Assembly (NCBI GenBank): GCA_041739995.1
Contig: JBGSMV010000047.1
Location: forward strand, 1 to 64,000
Source: Bdellovibrionota bacterium
GTDB taxonomy: Bacteria; Bdellovibrionota_C; UBA2361; JBGSMV01
Length of the DNA: 64,000 bases
Direction: 5' to 3'
Below are positions 19,370-29,221 of the stretch, piece after piece; the first letter of the stretch is position 1; every line of letters starts with the position of its first letter. The notes beneath the pieces are model-generated. The model was not told where the DNA came from, ran no database searches, and saw only the letters and a program-made list of their open reading frames with translations. The position numbers and the translations under genes were made by a program.

Positions 19370-20065
19370 CTACGGCAAATCAAACACAAGCAGCTCTGCC
19401 TCAGCATTGCCCCGGATCGAACAAAGGCGCTCTTCAGACACCGCTAAGCCATCTCCGGCGGAGAGTGCGACACCCATCACAGAACTGGTGCCACGCACGC
19501 ACTGAACCCACAGCGAGCGCTCGATCTCAATCGACATCTCGAGCGAAGAGTCCGTAGAAAGCAAAAGTGAATAAAGCCTAACGTCTTGATTAACCACCAG
19601 CGATCCTTGCTCCCCGGTTCGACTGACCACCAAGCGCGGCTCTCCCACCGTTTGATCGGGAAATGCTTTTTGATCATAACTAGACGGGAGATTCTGCGCC
19701 TCTGGAAGCAGCCAGATTTGATAGAGATGTAGCGACTCGGTCTCTGAAGGGTTGAACTCACTATGAGTTACCCCTCGACCTGCAGACATGCGTTGAAACT
19801 CTCCGGCTTTAATTTCTGAACCATTACCCATGCTATCTTTGTGGGCCAGGCGTCCCTCTAACACGTAGGTGATAATTTCCATGTTGCGATGCGGATGGGT
19901 ATCGAAGCCCTTCCCAGGAGCTACTCTATCCTCATTCATCACGCGCAGAACGCGAAAACCCATGTGATCAGGATCGTGGTAGCTTCCAAATGAAAATGTG
20001 TGCTTAGCCTGGAGCCAGCCGTGGTCAGCAGAGCCCCTTTCGTCAGAACGCCTTAGATATTTCAT
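19370..20065 (-). CDS. Pirin-family protein (YhhW-like)
   Basis: HGWL..HTFSF, GFDTHPHRNMEIITYV, HKDSMGN, MSAGRGVTHSEFN. Confidence 0.93.
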   Translation of the reverse strand: MKYLRRSDERGSADHGWLQAKHTFSFGSYHDPDHMGFRVLRVMNEDRVAPGKGFDTHPHRNMEIITYVLEGRLAHKDSMGNGSEIKAGEFQRMSAGRGVTHSEFNPSETESLHLYQIWLLPEAQNLPSSYDQKAFPDQTVGEPRLVVSRTGEQGSLVVNQDVRLYSLLLSTDSSLEMSIEIERSLWVQCVRGTSSVMGVALSAGDGLAVSEERLCSIRGNAEAELLVFDLP

Positions 20066-20095
20066 GCAGCAGCCCTTCGAGGAGAATTCTAGGAC

Positions 20096-20140
20096 TTAGC
20101 CAACACAGCCTCAGCCCACAGAGCCTCAGCCCACAGAGCC
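20096..20140 (-). repeat. Three tandem 15-bp copies of the sufB 3' end
   Basis: Minus strand reads GGCTCTGTGGGCTGA GGCTCTGTGGGCTGA GGCTGTGTTGGCTAA (GSVG* GSVG* GCVG*). Confidence 0.85.
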
Positions 20141-21556
20141 TTCCATCTCAAGTTCAATGAGGCGGTTTAATTCGACCGCATACTCAAGCGGCAACTCTTT
20201 AGAGATTGGTTCAATGAATCCGCGCACAATCATCGCACTTGCTTCCTCTTCAGGAATGCCACGACTCATCAAATAGAAGAGCTGTTCCTCCGAGATTTTC
20301 GAAACGCTCGCTTCGTGTCCAATGCTCGAGCGTTTTTCTTGAATCTCGATGTAGGGATACGTATCGGTTCGGCTGTTCTCATCCAACAATAGAGCGTCGC
20401 ACTCCACGTTCGACTTCGCGCCCACTGCGCCGCTATACACCTTACACAGACCACGATAGCTCGAACGACCGCTGCCCTTACTGATGGACTTTGAAATAAT
20501 GCGTGAGGTTGTGTTCGGCGCGGCATGAACGACCTTACCGCCAGCGTCTTGGTGCTGGCCGTCTTTGGCAAAGGCCACGCTCAATATCTCTCCATGCGCC
20601 CGGTCGCCAAGCAAATAAACTGCCGGGTATTTCATGGTGAGCTTGGAACCAAGATTCCCATCAATCCACTCCATGGTCGCATCTTGATAAGCAACTGCTC
20701 GCTTAGTGACCAAGTTGTATACATTGGTGGACCAGTTCTGAATCGTAGAATAGCGAAAGCGCGCGCCTTGTTTTACTACAATCTCAACAACCGCGCTGTG
20801 TAGCGAGTTAGAGCTATAGGTCGGAGCGGTGCAGCCTTCGATGTAGTGACCGTAGGCGCCTTCATCAACGATGATGAGGGTACGCTCGAACTGGCCCATG
20901 TTTTCGGCATTAATTCTGAAATAAGCCTGAAGCGGCACATCGACATTCACTCCCTTGGGGATGTAGATGAAGCTTCCGCCGGACCACACCGCAGAATTCA
21001 ACGCCGCAAACTTGTTGTCGCTCGGAGGAATAACGGAAGCCCAATATTGCTTGAAAAGATCAGGGACTTCCTTGAGCGCCATGTCGGTGTCCATGAAGAT
21101 GACACCTTTGTCTTCCCATTCCTTCTTCAAGGAATGATAAACCACTTCACTCTCATACTGAGCGCCAACACCCGCCAACACGGTTCTCTCGGCTTCGGGA
21201 ATACCAAGACGATCAAAAGTGTTTTTGATATCGGCAGGAACATCCTCCCAAGTTCGACCCTGCTCCTGCACTGGCTTCAGGTAGTAGTAAATTTGCTCGA
21301 AGTCCAAATCTTTGAGTGCGGGGCCACCCCAAGTCGGCATTGGTTTTGAAAGAAAAATATCCAGGCTCTGATGCCTAAATGCACGCATCCAGTCTGGCTC
21401 GTTCTTATGATCTGAAATCTGATCAACAACGGCGTGATCGAGGCCTTTGCGAGTTTTAAATATCGGTGCCGACGGGTCGCTGAATCCGTACTTATAGTCC
21501 TTACCGATCTCGCGGATGGCCTCTGCTTCGATTTCTGCGCGTCCTTGGCTTTCCAT
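20126..21556 (-). CDS. sufB: Fe-S cluster assembly scaffold SufB
   Basis: [50 protein letters not shown]. Confidence 0.97.
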   Translation of the reverse strand: MESQGRAEIEAEAIREIGKDYKYGFSDPSAPIFKTRKGLDHAVVDQISDHKNEPDWMRAFRHQSLDIFLSKPMPTWGGPALKDLDFEQIYYYLKPVQEQGRTWEDVPADIKNTFDRLGIPEAERTVLAGVGAQYESEVVYHSLKKEWEDKGVIFMDTDMALKEVPDLFKQYWASVIPPSDNKFAALNSAVWSGGSFIYIPKGVNVDVPLQAYFRINAENMGQFERTLIIVDEGAYGHYIEGCTAPTYSSNSLHSAVVEIVVKQGARFRYSTIQNWSTNVYNLVTKRAVAYQDATMEWIDGNLGSKLTMKYPAVYLLGDRAHGEILSVAFAKDGQHQDAGGKVVHAAPNTTSRIISKSISKGSGRSSYRGLCKVYSGAVGAKSNVECDALLLDENSRTDTYPYIEIQEKRSSIGHEASVSKISEEQLFYLMSRGIPEEEASAMIVRGFIEPISKELPLEYAVELNRLIELEMEGSVG

Positions 21557-21920
21557 TCTCTACATCGCCCTTATTTGACTGCCCTATACCGGGTCGCCGC
21601 TACAAATGCGCGGCAACCACCTTGAAGGCGCTAGCCCTCATATCCTAACTAAGCATCTCTCACTCAAAACAGCCGCACTCCATGAGACAGCTGCCACAAG
21701 CGAGAACCCGCCAGAAGGAGCCTAGTGTAGCTAATTCCACTCACACTACTCCAGCTATTGTTGAGTGTGTCATTCAATTACTATTCTGTCAAACAAACCA
21801 GATTCTATCATATTGAAAAGATTTATATTCTCTGTCTGGGTCGCCCTTGCTCGGGCGTATTGCGGTGACAAATAGTAACGACCACCATTATAGTTAAATA
21901 GTACACGGGAAATACTCTAC

Positions 21921-22304
21921 ATGCAGAACCAAGCTCCTACCAAAAAAACCATTCTCGTAGTCGAAGATGATGGCGATATTCGTGCGGCACTTTCGACCAT
22001 GCTCGAAGCACTCGGGTTTAATCATGCCTGCTTTGGTTCCGCGCGTGAGGCGCTCGAGGCGCTTGCTGGACTACAAATTGACTTGGCGTTGCTCGACATC
22101 ATGATGCCAGAAATGAATGGCTACGAGCTTCTGCGCGAGATTAAAAAAATTCCTCAGTACAAAGATTTACCTATCATAATGGTGACCGCCAAAGACCAGG
22201 ACAGCGAGATCCTAGAAGGGTACCAGTTCGGAGCCGACTACTATATTACCAAGCCCTTCACTACCAAGCAGCTCGAATATGGCTTGAAGATTTTTTTAAG
22301 CTAG
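21921..22304 (+). CDS. Single-domain response regulator
   Basis: VVEDD, LDIMMPEMNG, TAK, KPF. Confidence 0.9.
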   Translation: MQNQAPTKKTILVVEDDGDIRAALSTMLEALGFNHACFGSAREALEALAGLQIDLALLDIMMPEMNGYELLREIKKIPQYKDLPIIMVTAKDQDSEILEGYQFGADYYITKPFTTKQLEYGLKIFLS

Positions 22305-22331
22305 TTCTTCCACCTCAACCTCAGTCACCAC

Positions 22332-23033
22332 ATGTTTGCTACCGTTGACTCACTGCACTTTGAACATCCGCGTGGATTCGTGGTGCTCGAAGGAGTGAAC
22401 GGTGCAGGAAAATCAACTCTCCGTGACCGATTACAGGCCTTTCTTGTTGAGAAAGTACAGCGCGTCGTCTGTACCTTCGAACCCGGCGCCACTTCACAGG
22501 GCAAAGAACTAAGAAAGGCCCTTCTGTCGCACTCTGCCGGAAAGCTTGCCCCTCTTTCTGAACTGTTTCTCTTTGCTGCCGATCGACATGAGCACGTCAC
22601 TCAGATTATCGACCCCGCCATCAAGCGTGGCGAGTTTGTGCTGTGCGACCGCTACCTGTACTCGACACTCGTGTTTCAAGGCTACGGTCGCGGCCTAGAC
22701 CTCGCCGCAATCAACACGCTAAATGACTTGGCGGTCTGCGGGACCTTGCCCGATCTGGTCTTACTACTCGACCTTGATCCTCTCGAAGGACTGGCGCGCA
22801 CCAAGGCTCGCGCCAGTGCGGGAACTAAGAACTCTGGTCCGACCACCGAGGACGCTTTTGAACGCGAGCACGCTGATTTTCAGCACAGGCTGCGTGATGG
22901 GTTTTTAAAAATCGCGAAAGAACGCCCCGAACCGTTTATTGTGATTGATGCCTCGCTCTCAGCCGATGAGGTTTTTCGCGTTGCGGCAAAAGCCCTTACC
23001 AGCCTTTTGCAGGCGAAATTGCCGCAAAAATAG
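22332..23033 (+). CDS. tmk: Thymidylate kinase
   Basis: EGVNGAGKST, EPG, LFAADR, CDRY..S..FQGYGRG. Confidence 0.95.
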   Translation: MFATVDSLHFEHPRGFVVLEGVNGAGKSTLRDRLQAFLVEKVQRVVCTFEPGATSQGKELRKALLSHSAGKLAPLSELFLFAADRHEHVTQIIDPAIKRGEFVLCDRYLYSTLVFQGYGRGLDLAAINTLNDLAVCGTLPDLVLLLDLDPLEGLARTKARASAGTKNSGPTTEDAFEREHADFQHRLRDGFLKIAKERPEPFIVIDASLSADEVFRVAAKALTSLLQAKLPQK

Positions 23034-23137
23034 CCCAGATATCACCTTAACTCCGTGGGCAAAGTACCGCAAAAAAGTACTCTCACCGCCCCATTTCCAT
23101 TTCGACATTTACAGGTCTCTCGCGCTAGTGTTCACCC

Positions 23138-24169
23138 ATGCCGGAAGAGATCGTTGGACACCGCACACAACGCGACGTACTAAGTCGCCTCTTTCACCAA
23201 GGCAAGCTGCCATCGACGATTCTGCTCGCCGGTCCAGGGGGGATTGGGAAGAGCCTGGCCGCCAAAGAACTCGCCAGAAGTTTAGTGTGCGAACACTCCG
23301 GCTCTCAGTCTCAATCTGGCTCTCGTTCGGAATACGGCGGATGCACGACTAGTGCGACTTGTCATGGGTGCCGCGTATTTGATGCGAGCAATCATCCTGA
23401 CGTGCATTGGGTTTCTGTAGCAGATAAGGAACTCGCCAGCGTTGAGTCCTGTCGCGAACTACTCTTTTCTCTTCACCTCGCTCCACTGAGTGCGAAGGTT
23501 CGTGTCGTAGTATTCGATCAGGCCGAACGCTTAACTCTTGCGGTCGCCAATACTCTGCTGAAAATCCTAGAAGAGCCTCCCGCTAATACATACTTTATTC
23601 TGGTCGCGTCCAATGCCTCACGGCTACCACCGACGCTACTGTCGCGATGCCAAATCTGGTTTTTCGATGTTCTCACTGTCGCACAGATCAAAGAAATACT
23701 TTCGAGACAAGACACGCTCTCATCGGAAGAAATTAATGCGTTGGCACTTATAGCAGACGGTGCCCTTGAAGACCTCGACCAGATTCGAGCGCACATTGGA
23801 GAGTGGCAGCGACTGTGCAGTGCTATCGATGAGATCATAGGCGGCTCAAGAGCCCAGGCAGCACTGCTTGCTTCGGAACTCAGCAAGAGCAAAGACTCCC
23901 TTCCCACCGCTTTGAAGCTCATTCGCATACATGCGAGACAGCGCCTTCTTCAGTATGCACATGAGGGCGCTTCGCGTCGCGAAGTGTCCAGCCGACTATC
24001 GGTTTTTGTCACAAACCTAATGAGCGCTGAGTACTTCCTTTTTGAGCGCAACCTCGCGCCCGTATCTGTATTGTCAGTGATCTTCGACGCTTTAGCGGGC
24101 CAGTCCTACGCCGCGTTTACGAGCGTAACCAACAGTGCTACCGTTTTATCCAGAATTGCGGCGAGCTAG
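23138..24169 (+). CDS. holB: DNA polymerase III delta' subunit
   Basis: GPGGIGK, zinc-binding Cys cluster, HPD, ANTLLKILEEPP, LLSRC; follows tmk. Confidence 0.9.
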   Translation: MPEEIVGHRTQRDVLSRLFHQGKLPSTILLAGPGGIGKSLAAKELARSLVCEHSGSQSQSGSRSEYGGCTTSATCHGCRVFDASNHPDVHWVSVADKELASVESCRELLFSLHLAPLSAKVRVVVFDQAERLTLAVANTLLKILEEPPANTYFILVASNASRLPPTLLSRCQIWFFDVLTVAQIKEILSRQDTLSSEEINALALIADGALEDLDQIRAHIGEWQRLCSAIDEIIGGSRAQAALLASELSKSKDSLPTALKLIRIHARQRLLQYAHEGASRREVSSRLSVFVTNLMSAEYFLFERNLAPVSVLSVIFDALAGQSYAAFTSVTNSATVLSRIAAS

Positions 24170-24317
24170 AGCACTGCCGAGTCGAGCGTTGGCATGTCGA
24201 GAGAACTACGTGTGGCGTCATTTGATTACACCGCGAAACAAATATCGCTTAGGCGAAAACCTCTCTCACTTGAGTATAGCGATTTTAACTAGGCCCTTGA
24301 TAATCAAAGAGCGAACT

Positions 24318-24791
24318 ATGAGCACAGATGCACCTCCCTCAGCGTTACCCACTCCCGTACCCGTGAATCCGGATCCGTCGACCCCTAACTTGTCGACCTC
24401 CGCACATGTGAGCCCAGATACCACCACGACTACGCCAGCTGCGGCCCCTGTTCCGTTTGAACAAGTTGACATTGATCATTTTGCGAAAGTGAAACTCCGC
24501 GTTGCTCGCATAGAGAGTGCCGAGGCGATCCCAAAATCCAAAAAGCTACTCAAGCTACAGGTGGATGTAGGCCCGCTGGGCAAACGACAGATCCTTGCCG
24601 GAATTGCCCAGCATTATCAGCCTGAAACTCTTATCGGCAGAAAAATCGTGATCGTAGCAAACCTTAAGCCCGCATCACTGATGGGACATGAGAGTCAGGG
24701 AATGTTGCTTGCAGGTTCTAGTCCTGATGGATCCATCCTGGCTTTGCTCGCCCCTGATTCAACACTTCCTGAGGGCAGCGAAGTAAGGTAG
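24318..24791 (+). CDS. Stand-alone MetRS C-terminal tRNA-binding OB domain (Trbp111/CsaA-like)
   Basis: IDHFAKVKLRVARI, KLLKLQVDVG, RQILAGIA..Y, NLKP..LMG.ESQGMLL; occupies the metG slot between holB and tatD. Confidence 0.85.
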   Translation: MSTDAPPSALPTPVPVNPDPSTPNLSTSAHVSPDTTTTTPAAAPVPFEQVDIDHFAKVKLRVARIESAEAIPKSKKLLKLQVDVGPLGKRQILAGIAQHYQPETLIGRKIVIVANLKPASLMGHESQGMLLAGSSPDGSILALLAPDSTLPEGSEVR

Positions 24792-24864
24792 CGCTCGACA
24801 CGATCAACAGACTCGCATGTCTTATGTTCAAACCTGACAGTGAGAATCACCGCGGGGGATTGCT

Positions 24865-25653
24865 TTGAACTCGTTACCCTGTCTCATTGACTCCCACACC
24901 CACCTAACTGCCAAAGAGTTTGACGCAGATCGCCAACAGGTGCTTGATCGCGCTCGCGCGCTGGGGGTGACTTGCTTTGTCTCTGTCGGAGCAGGTTACG
25001 GCATAGAGTCAGCTTCGGCAGCAGTGAAGCTAGCCGAGCAGCAGACGGATGTTTATGCCAGTGTCGGCCTGCACCCCAATGATGCTGCCGCTGCGTTTGA
25101 CGATTCATTGCTACCCGCACTTGCGACACACTCCAAAGTGGTAGCAATTGGTGAAACTGGTTTCGATTTCTATTGGAAGCACGCCACAAAAGAGCAGCAA
25201 GAGCGTTGGTTCCGGCACCAAGTAGAACTTGCTCTGAGTGTCAGAAAACCGATCATCATTCATTCAAGAGAGGCAGGGCTTGAATGTCTTGCATTGCTTA
25301 AGGAATACCCAGTACATGAGGTCGGTGGCGTATTCCACTGTTTTGCTGAAGATCTTGAGTTTGCTAAGCGCCTGCGAGACATAAACTTTAGTATCTCGAT
25401 TCCGGGAACTGTTACTTTCAAAAAGGCCGACAACGTGAGGACCGTAGCCGAGGGAATTCCGCTGGACCAACTTCTGATTGAAACCGACGCACCCTTTCTG
25501 GCTCCAGAGCCCTTTCGCGGGAAAAGAAATGAGAGTAGCTACATGACGCACACCGCCGAGCGAATCGCCGCCGTACGCAATATTTCGGTAGCGGAACTTG
25601 CGGCGGCGACCGCAGAAAATGCTCGTAAGCTTTTTAACCTTCCCCAATCCTAG
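24865..25653 (+). CDS. tatD: TatD-family nuclease
   Basis: IDSHTHL, GLHP, AIGETGFD, IIHSRE, FHCF, ETDAPFLAP. Confidence 0.93.
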   Translation: MNSLPCLIDSHTHLTAKEFDADRQQVLDRARALGVTCFVSVGAGYGIESASAAVKLAEQQTDVYASVGLHPNDAAAAFDDSLLPALATHSKVVAIGETGFDFYWKHATKEQQERWFRHQVELALSVRKPIIIHSREAGLECLALLKEYPVHEVGGVFHCFAEDLEFAKRLRDINFSISIPGTVTFKKADNVRTVAEGIPLDQLLIETDAPFLAPEPFRGKRNESSYMTHTAERIAAVRNISVAELAAATAENARKLFNLPQS

Positions 25654-25667
25654 AAAAGTTTTACGCT

Positions 25668-26648
25668 ATGATGTTGATGGCTCGTCCGGTCCTTGCACAG
25701 CTGCTCCTACTCCTTCTTACCTGCGGTGAGTGCTTGAGTGCTCCACTCAAGGTCGTCACCACTACAGGAATGATCGGAGATACCGCCAAACAAATTGGGG
25801 GCCCGTTAGTCGAAGTCACTGCATTAATGGGCGAAGGCGTTGATCCGCACTTATACAAACCTGCTCCCGGCGATATTCGACTTCTTAGTCAGGCAGATGT
25901 GGTCCTTTTTAATGGTCTTCATCTAGAAGGCCGTATGGGTGAGGTTCTTGAAAAATTAGCTCCTCGTCAACCTGTCTATTCGGTGACAGACGCAATTGAT
26001 CGCGCATCCTTAAGGAGCCCTCCAGAGTTCGAGGGCAACTATGATCCGCATGTCTGGTTCGACGTCGCCTTGTGGTCACAAGTCGCTCAGCACATAACTG
26101 AACTTCTTGTGAAGCACCTCCCCAACGAGCACGCTCAACTCACGGCACAGTCTGCCGCCTACATTGCCGAACTCACTGCGCTGGATGCCTGGGTGCGAGA
26201 GTCTATTCATTCCATACCTGAGTCGTCTCGAGTTCTCGTTACCGCCCACGATGCGTTTGGATACTTTGGACGAGCGTATCAGATCGAGGTGCTTGGTATT
26301 CAAGGAATTAGCACTGATAGTGAAGCCAGTATTCGCGAAGTCTCGAAGCTTGTTTCCATAATTGCGGATAGAAAGGTGCCTGCCGTCTTCGTAGAGTCTT
26401 CTGTGCCTCAGAAAACGATTCAATCACTAGTTGAAGGTGCCGCCGCAAGAGGTTGGACCGTGCGCATCGGCGGCGAGCTATTTAGCGACGCCATGGGAGC
26501 GCCAGGAACACCGGAGGGAACTTACATTGGAATGGTGCAACATAACGTGCGCCTCGTTTCAACGGCGCTTGGCGGCCGAATGCTTAAATTAAGTGCTCCC
26601 CAACATTCCGGTTCCAACTCAGCAGATTCTATTGTCAGAGCAAGTTAG
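25668..26648 (+). CDS. troA: Mn/Zn/Fe ABC transporter substrate-binding protein (TroA-like)
   Basis: GVDPHLY, NGLHLEG, DPHVWFD, TAHDAFGYFG, FVESS, LFSDAMG. Confidence 0.9.
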   Translation: MMLMARPVLAQLLLLLLTCGECLSAPLKVVTTTGMIGDTAKQIGGPLVEVTALMGEGVDPHLYKPAPGDIRLLSQADVVLFNGLHLEGRMGEVLEKLAPRQPVYSVTDAIDRASLRSPPEFEGNYDPHVWFDVALWSQVAQHITELLVKHLPNEHAQLTAQSAAYIAELTALDAWVRESIHSIPESSRVLVTAHDAFGYFGRAYQIEVLGIQGISTDSEASIREVSKLVSIIADRKVPAVFVESSVPQKTIQSLVEGAAARGWTVRIGGELFSDAMGAPGTPEGTYIGMVQHNVRLVSTALGGRMLKLSAPQHSGSNSADSIVRAS

Positions 26649-26649
26649 G

Positions 26650-28521
26650 CTACCCTGGCGCACTCAAGAGCTGAATCGCTAATGCGGGCTGTTGATTTGC
26701 CTGAGCGAGGATAGCCGCCGCCGAACTTCTAAGTATGTTGAGCCTTGCAAGTTCGGCACTCTCAAGCGCGATATCAGCATCAACAATTCGCGAGCGAGCA
26801 GCGGCGTAGTTCTCTGTAGTTGCTTGTAAGGTACCCAGTGCACTACCAAGGCGGCTTTGAAAGGCCCCAAGAACTCCGCGCTGAACGGCAAGTTGGTCTT
26901 GCTTGTTCTTGAATATACCAAAAGCTTCCCTCGCCTCTGCCATGGTTTCAAGACTGAACTCGAGCAGTGGCGCTACTCCACTTTCGGTTTGCGAAGTAAG
27001 AACAGAGGTTGCCCCAGTGCGAACTCCAGCAACATCAAGGACACCGTCTCCATTGAAGTCGGCAAGTGTAAATCGACCGAGCTTGCCTGGAGCAGACGAA
27101 GTTTGCCTATCGTTAAAAGTACCATCGCCGTTACCTAAGGCAATCTTAACTTCATTGGTTCCAGAGCCAATGAGATCCAAAATTCCATCTCCATTAATAT
27201 CAGCGAGTTCAACGGAGTTGTTCACATCTCCGAATGCGATACTCGTTGCTGCTGCAAAGCCTCCGCTACCGTTGCCCAAGCGAATCTCAATATCTCCCTC
27301 GTTAAAGCTGCTATCAACGATGTCGAGGATGCCGTCCCCATTTACATCGCCGACAGAAATATCGTTGACGTCGATTCCAAAATTAGTGCCGAGCGAAGTC
27401 GCAACTCCAAAATTCCCATCACCACTGCCGACGCTGGTCCATAAATTTCCTCCAGCAAATCCACTCGAGCTTGCAGCAAGATCGAGAGTACCGTTTCCAT
27501 CGAAGTCTCCAAGCACGACCCGGTTAATAGTGAACTGTCCACCGATGACCACCTGGTCCGAAAATGAGAACGAGCCATCGCCATCATTGGTAAGAATATT
27601 GACTCCCTGACTGTTCGCCATGGCAAGGTCAAGTCTGCCATCGCCGTTCAAATCACCCGCCACAAGGTCAGTGGGACTGAGGCTATTGGCCGAGACTACA
27701 GGCGCAGCAAACGTCCCATCGCCATTATTCGCATACGACAGAATCTGCGTAGCGCTTGCCACAACGATATCTTGGAAACCACTGCCGGTAAAATCTCCTA
27801 CGACAAGTCGCGAAACGTTGCCAGAGAAGCTGGCAATAAGCGCTGCGTTTGAGAACGTGCCGTCACCGTTTCCGTAGCTGACATTAATGCTGGAATTACC
27901 ACCTCCACTGCTCAAGCTCACAAGGTCTTGAATCCCGTCACCGTTAATGTCCGCCGACTCTACTCCATTTCCGTTGGTTCCTGCAGTGAATGAGTAGCTC
28001 GTAGCCGCTGACAGAGCACCAGTACCAAGTGCACCTCCAACACGCGAAAAAAGAGAGCCCGCTTCGCCGTATCCAGCCTGAAGCCTCAGCCCATCTACCG
28101 ACCCATCAAAAAGGTTAACGCCATTGAATTTGGTAGTGCGTGCGATACGAAAGAACTCGTCGCGCAGTGCTTGAGCTTCGTTGTTCAGTGATGATCGCTG
28201 GGATTGGCCGAGAGTGCCTGAAAGGGCTTGTTGCCCAAGCTCCTTTAGTCGTTCAACTACTCCACCAAGCTGACCAAGAGCGCTCTCTGCTATGTTGATA
28301 GCTGATACGCCATCTCCGATGTTACGAATTGCCTGGGTATATACTCTTCGATCGGCACCGAGGGACTCAGAAATTGCAAGACCTGCCGCATCATCACTCG
28401 CACGATTGATACGTTGCCCAGATGACAGGCGCTCAAACACGCCACCGAGCGCTTGCTCACTACGAGTGAGTCTAGTCTGCGCCTGGAGTGACGCAATGTT
28501 TGAGCCAATGGTGATAGCCAT
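26650..28521 (-). CDS. Flagellin with an internal 7x FG-GAP/VCBS beta-propeller
   Basis: Flagellin N domain (ERLSSGQRINRASDDAAGLAIS, TKFNG) and C domain (LGAFQSRL, SRIVDADIA.E, LAQANQQP); seven D-x-N/D/T-G-D/S/N-G-x-x-D repeats in between. Confidence 0.92.
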   Translation of the reverse strand: MAITIGSNIASLQAQTRLTRSEQALGGVFERLSSGQRINRASDDAAGLAISESLGADRRVYTQAIRNIGDGVSAINIAESALGQLGGVVERLKELGQQALSGTLGQSQRSSLNNEAQALRDEFFRIARTTKFNGVNLFDGSVDGLRLQAGYGEAGSLFSRVGGALGTGALSAATSYSFTAGTNGNGVESADINGDGIQDLVSLSSGGGNSSINVSYGNGDGTFSNAALIASFSGNVSRLVVGDFTGSGFQDIVVASATQILSYANNGDGTFAAPVVSANSLSPTDLVAGDLNGDGRLDLAMANSQGVNILTNDGDGSFSFSDQVVIGGQFTINRVVLGDFDGNGTLDLAASSSGFAGGNLWTSVGSGDGNFGVATSLGTNFGIDVNDISVGDVNGDGILDIVDSSFNEGDIEIRLGNGSGGFAAATSIAFGDVNNSVELADINGDGILDLIGSGTNEVKIALGNGDGTFNDRQTSSAPGKLGRFTLADFNGDGVLDVAGVRTGATSVLTSQTESGVAPLLEFSLETMAEAREAFGIFKNKQDQLAVQRGVLGAFQSRLGSALGTLQATTENYAAARSRIVDADIALESAELARLNILRSSAAAILAQANQQPALAIQLLSAPG

Positions 28522-28570
28522 TTCCTTGGCGTTCCTTTAAATCCCCGAGCGGCAAATCCTTTCACCGCTC
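28522..28570 (-). promoter_or_regulatory. Putative CsrA-binding leader of the flagellin mRNA
   Basis: Four GGA motifs in about 50 nt; the first lies in the loop of a GAGCGG/CCGCTC hairpin and the last ones overlap the RBS region. Confidence 0.55.
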
Positions 28571-28576
28571 TCTATG

Positions 28577-28604
28577 AGGTCGGAAGGATGAGTTAACTTC
28601 TTTA
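28577..28604 (-). promoter_or_regulatory. Putative sigma28 (FliA/SigD) promoter of the flagellin
   Basis: TAAA-N16-TCCGACCT versus consensus TAAA-N15/16-GCCGATAA. Confidence 0.55.
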
Positions 28605-28715
28605 TAAACCGAGGAGATTAGCTGAGAGTCTCGGATCGATAACCGGGCTTATTCCGATATTCTAATCATTTTTTGTAGGAAGTTCCCGTAGAGCAGCGCT
28701 ACTGAACTTGGAACA

Positions 28716-28734
28716 TGGTGCCCGGCCGTGGACT
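28716..28734 (-). other. Possible tRNA 3'-end fragment (att-site-like remnant)
   Basis: Minus strand AGT-CCACG-GCCGGGC-A-CCA fits T-loop end, T-stem, acceptor strand, discriminator and CCA; the rest of a tRNA is absent. Confidence 0.3.
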
Positions 28735-29121
28735 AGACTGACTGACTTAGTGCCCCGCAACTCTCCCTCACCAACACCCTCCTGAACTCTGACTCGCAGT
28801 GAGAACACGTTGTTCGGGTAGCTCTCTCGCTACCAGGAAAGAATTTTGCGTGAGAAACGGATTAGGGTTAGAGATTTTGGTCCGAAATCATTTCCCACTC
28901 CCTCTAGGGAGCCCTCCAGCATTTTGGCCTGGTGTGGCAGCTTGCTTGCGCCTTACTCACCGCGAACTTGAAATGGCCTAGCGCTCGAAGAGTAGCCATT
29001 GTGGATTCAATGCAGCGGATCAATCTGACCTGCAATAGGTAAGGGCTGGCTGATTGCGGCAGCTTTCCGTGGTACTTTTGCTGATGCCCCAAACGCAATA
29101 ATTTGGGTGTCAAAATTGTAC

Positions 29122-29149
29122 TCTAGCAACCACCTACTCGTACCGACTC
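29122..29149 (+). promoter_or_regulatory. Possible sigma28 promoter of the YjfB-like gene
   Basis: TCTAG-N15-ACCGACTC, same spacing as the flagellin promoter; downstream GGGAA-ttggat-TTCCC hairpin with GGA in the loop. Confidence 0.35.
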
Positions 29150-29221
29150 ACTAGTGGGAATTGGATTTCCCTCGCTTGCGACCCCTCCCGTGAACGCTTG
29201 CGGCTAAAACAAGGAGTTAGT

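Noticed and set aside
26903..27610. Long antisense ORFs (also 10844..11527, 20846..21349, 55447..55968)
   Set aside because: Shadow frames opposite well-supported genes; no motifs.
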